Shown piece after piece: positions 61,675 to 64,000 of a stretch of 64,000 bases of DNA; positions within the stretch are counted from its first letter, which is position 1; each line of letters opens with the position of its first letter. Source of the stretch: Candidatus Aenigmatarchaeota archaeon (GTDB lineage Archaea > Aenigmatarchaeota > Aenigmatarchaeia > QMZP01 > QMZT01). The notes under the pieces are model-generated. The model saw only the letters and a list, made by a program, of their open reading frames with translations. It was not told where the DNA came from and searched no databases. Position numbers and translations under genes: made by a program. The stretch is taken from NCBI GenBank assembly GCA_963726265.1, contig CAVSBQ010000002.1, positions 800,001 through 864,000 on the forward strand. Reading direction: 5' to 3'.

Positions 61675-61797
61675 ATTTCACAACACCCCCAATCATTCCA
61701 GCCACTTATTCTTGATTTCATCCAGTTTCCCGTCCCTTTTCATTTCCCTGAGTATTCTGTTTATCTCATCCATGAGCGCGTTGTTGCCGAGTTTGGT
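61563..61797. repeat. 235-bp perfect direct repeat, copy 2
   Basis: Identical by eye to 60759..60993. Confidence 0.92.
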
Positions 61798-62496
61798 CGC
61801 CATGCCGTAGAACTCCTGGGTGAAAGGCTCCCCTGCAATTTTTAGCGACTGGTCCCTTTTCACAAGGTCCGTCGCAAGGACGTAGTCCGCTACCATGGCG
61901 TCTATAGTGCCTGATTTCAGGTCGTATAATATGCCGCTTTGAGGATTTCCTTCCGGAACATCAAAACCGTCATATGGCATGGCAGTAGCCCCGTATTTTT
62001 CCGCCTCGTCTATGCTAGTAGTTTCCTTCTGAGCCCCGACTTTCCTGCCTTTTAGGTCTTCTGGAGTTTTTATTTCATTATTGCTGTTCTTAACCACGAT
62101 TGTTTGGCCTGCATTGAAGTAAGGGGAACTGAAGAGCATCCTTTCAGACCTCTCTGGCGTTATGGTTATGGATGCAATGGCGATGTCGATATCGCCATTC
62201 TCCACGGCCTTGAACAGTTCATCCCAGGCATAATCGACGAATTGAATTTCAACACCCATCGAGGCGGCGATTTCCCTGATTATATCGACGTCCAAACCCA
62301 CTACCTGGCCTTTCTCGTCATAAAATTCCATCGGCTCATAAGGTATGTCGCTGCCCACGACGAGCTTCCCGCTCGCCTTGACATTCGATAGCGACGCATC
62401 CGTTGATCCGCCAGGAGCGTTAGTCGTGCATCCTGAAATCGCGACTACCAAAAACAAAGCTGTTAAAATGGCCACTGCACCACGTTTTTCATTTGA
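61693..62496 (-). CDS. Polar amino acid-type solute-binding lipoprotein (family 3)
   Basis: ISGC lipobox, PYEPME, GLDVDI, ITITPERS. Confidence 0.9.
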   Translation of the reverse strand, partial: SNEKRGAVAILTALFLVVAISGCTTNAPGGSTDASLSNVKASGKLVVGSDIPYEPMEFYDEKGQVVGLDVDIIREIAASMGVEIQFVDYAWDELFKAVENGDIDIAIASITITPERSERMLFSSPYFNAGQTIVVKNSNNEIKTPEDLKGRKVGAQKETTSIDEAEKYGATAMPYDGFDVPEGNPQSGILYDLKSGTIDAMVADYVLATDLVKRDQSLKIAGEPFTQEFYGMATKLGNNALMDEINRILREMKRDGKLDEIKNKWLE

Positions 62497-62519
62497 CATA
62501 CACAACCCCAATTATCGCT

Positions 62520-64000
62520 TTAACTTCCAGTTTTATTTTTTTTAAGCTGGCTTTCAAGCTCGTTTATCCTTTTCTTCAGCTCGACCATTTTGAGTTCCCT
62601 GCCGACTGAAAGCTTGTTGATTTTTTCGAGTTCTTCCGTCCTTTTTATTATCTCCTCACCGGCCTTTTTCCTTTCCGTGATGTCCTTCATGGTGCCTAGC
62701 ATGCGGAACGCCTTGCCTTCGGCGTTTTTCAGGACCGTGCCGCTGTTTTCCATGTAAATGTAATTGCCGTCTTTGCGCATGAACCTGTATTCGGCATCGT
62801 ATTTCGTGCCTTCCTTCAGCGCCTTTTCGAGAAGGGACAAGGCCGTTTCGCGGTCATCCGGATGGATAGCGTCTCCCCATTCCTTTATGCCCATTTTCTG
62901 GAATTCGTCGAAGCCGTAGCCGGTCAGGCTGGTTATTGCGCCCAGCCATTTAATCCTCCCGGAAGCTACGTCGTAATCATAGATTATCTGGCCCGTCTGC
63001 TCGGCGGCAATCCTGTAGGTGTTCTCGTTTTCGAAAATCACGTTCTGCACTTTCTTCTGCTCCGTGATGTCCCTGAATATTCCCTGAAGCAATTTTTTAC
63101 CCTCTGTTTCAATCAGGTTGGCTTTTATCGTAACGTCCTTTAATTTCCCGTTTTTGGTGATAACGTGCGTTTCCAGTGCCTGGCCTCTGGCCTCTGTGAG
63201 ATGCTTTCTGAAGGTTTCGCTGAATTGCCCTTCGATACCTTCCGGTGGGTGGAGTATCTTCTGGTGCTGCCCAATGAGCTCTGCCTTGCTCCTCCCGACC
63301 AGTTCCGTTGCTGCGCGGTTGCAGTTGACAATTATCCCCGTTTTCGCATCGGCTATGACAATGGCGTCAAGCGCCTCCTCGAACTGTATCCTGTATCTTT
63401 TCTCGCTCTCCCTCAATTTCTCTTCGGCTTTCTTCCGCTCGGTTATGTCGCGGCCAGTGACCAATATCCCTACCGTTTTACCCTTTTCACGGACAGGAAC
63501 TGAGCCTTCATCAACTTCCAGATATCTAATTTCCCCTGATTTTGTTTTGATTTCGAGCTCTATCTTCTTCTGGGGTTGGCCGAGGAATTCCTTCGTCAGG
63601 ACATAAAAGGCGGTTTTTATGGAATTCTTTGTCAGGAAACTGGCAATCGACTTGCCTACCATCTCATTCTCTGCATAGCCGCTGGCCTCAAAGGCCCTCT
63701 TGTTGGCGAACAATATCCTCCCCGTTTTATCCAAAATGAGCATGATGTCCCTCATGCTTTCCGAGATAAACCTGTATCTTTCTTCCCTTTCCCTCAATTT
63801 CTCCCCTGTTTTTTCCCTCTCGGTGACGTCGCTGCCGACGTCAAGGACTTTGGTCACCCTGCCGTTCTCCCTGATGGGTATGCCTATAAGCTCGAGAAGC
63901 AGATCCCTGCCGCCTTTAAGCTTGATGGTATAGATCGTCTTTTCCGTCACCTTCCCCTGCAGGTTCTTCCTGAATTCCAGGAATGCCCTTATCAGATCCT
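62520..64000 (-). CDS. Multi-PAS domain protein without kinase output (5' end outside the window)
   Basis: Repeated PAS/PAC units ending DVTERE, DITERK, DITEQK; C-terminal coiled coil VGRELKMVELKK; frame open to the window edge. Confidence 0.88.
   Translation of the reverse strand, partial: DLIRAFLEFRKNLQGKVTEKTIYTIKLKGGRDLLLELIGIPIRENGRVTKVLDVGSDVTEREKTGEKLREREERYRFISESMRDIMLILDKTGRILFANKRAFEASGYAENEMVGKSIASFLTKNSIKTAFYVLTKEFLGQPQKKIELEIKTKSGEIRYLEVDEGSVPVREKGKTVGILVTGRDITERKKAEEKLRESEKRYRIQFEEALDAIVIADAKTGIIVNCNRAATELVGRSKAELIGQHQKILHPPEGIEGQFSETFRKHLTEARGQALETHVITKNGKLKDVTIKANLIETEGKKLLQGIFRDITEQKKVQNVIFENENTYRIAAEQTGQIIYDYDVASGRIKWLGAITSLTGYGFDEFQKMGIKEWGDAIHPDDRETALSLLEKALKEGTKYDAEYRFMRKDGNYIYMENSGTVLKNAEGKAFRMLGTMKDITERKKAGEEIIKRTEELEKINKLSVGRELKMVELKKRINELESQLKKNKTGS

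Overview
Archaeal chromosomal window, most likely from a DPANN-type lineage (inferred from split RNA polymerase subunits, fragmented ribosomal operons, an unlinked 5S rRNA, intron-containing tRNAs, class III pilins and CxDSDGG-repeat surface proteins). In order it holds: pilin-like and Cys-rich secreted genes; a short XPF nuclease; a glutamine-centred cluster (purF, pyrG, guaAA, guaAB, glnA, Lrp); a giant Ig-repeat surface glycoprotein of about 2,700 aa split by clustered frameshifts; divergent acdB/acdA; argF; a HypC-like/DUF6390-like/EamA operon; yggS; NYN; geranylgeranyl reductase; two type IV pilus platform genes, a pilin and a HerA-like ATPase; rpl44e, rps27ae, fbp, tpiA; tRNA-Tyr, 5S rRNA, tRNA-Asp and tRNA-Lys (all three tRNAs have introns); rpoH-B''-B'-A'-A'' (intein in A''); rpl6, rpl32e; and a 13-kb signalling island with KaiC-like ATPases, a V4R-like protein, radical SAM plus UbiA, a receiver protein, a HAMP histidine kinase, three solute-binding lipoproteins and a multi-PAS protein. 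The most notable signals are a perfect 235-bp junction repeat framing divergent solute-binding cores, a tRNA-Lys intron with a possible box D guide aimed at C32, repeated 21-nt GAC...GTC palindromes in the tRNA operon, tandem hairpin-capped micropeptides, 31-bp-phased boxes between glnA and Lrp, and frameshifts concentrated in two surface genes. Isolated single-base frameshifts in housekeeping genes suggest the assembly has indel errors. No CRISPR array, integrase or transposase was seen. All family calls are from motif recognition by eye; no database search was run.
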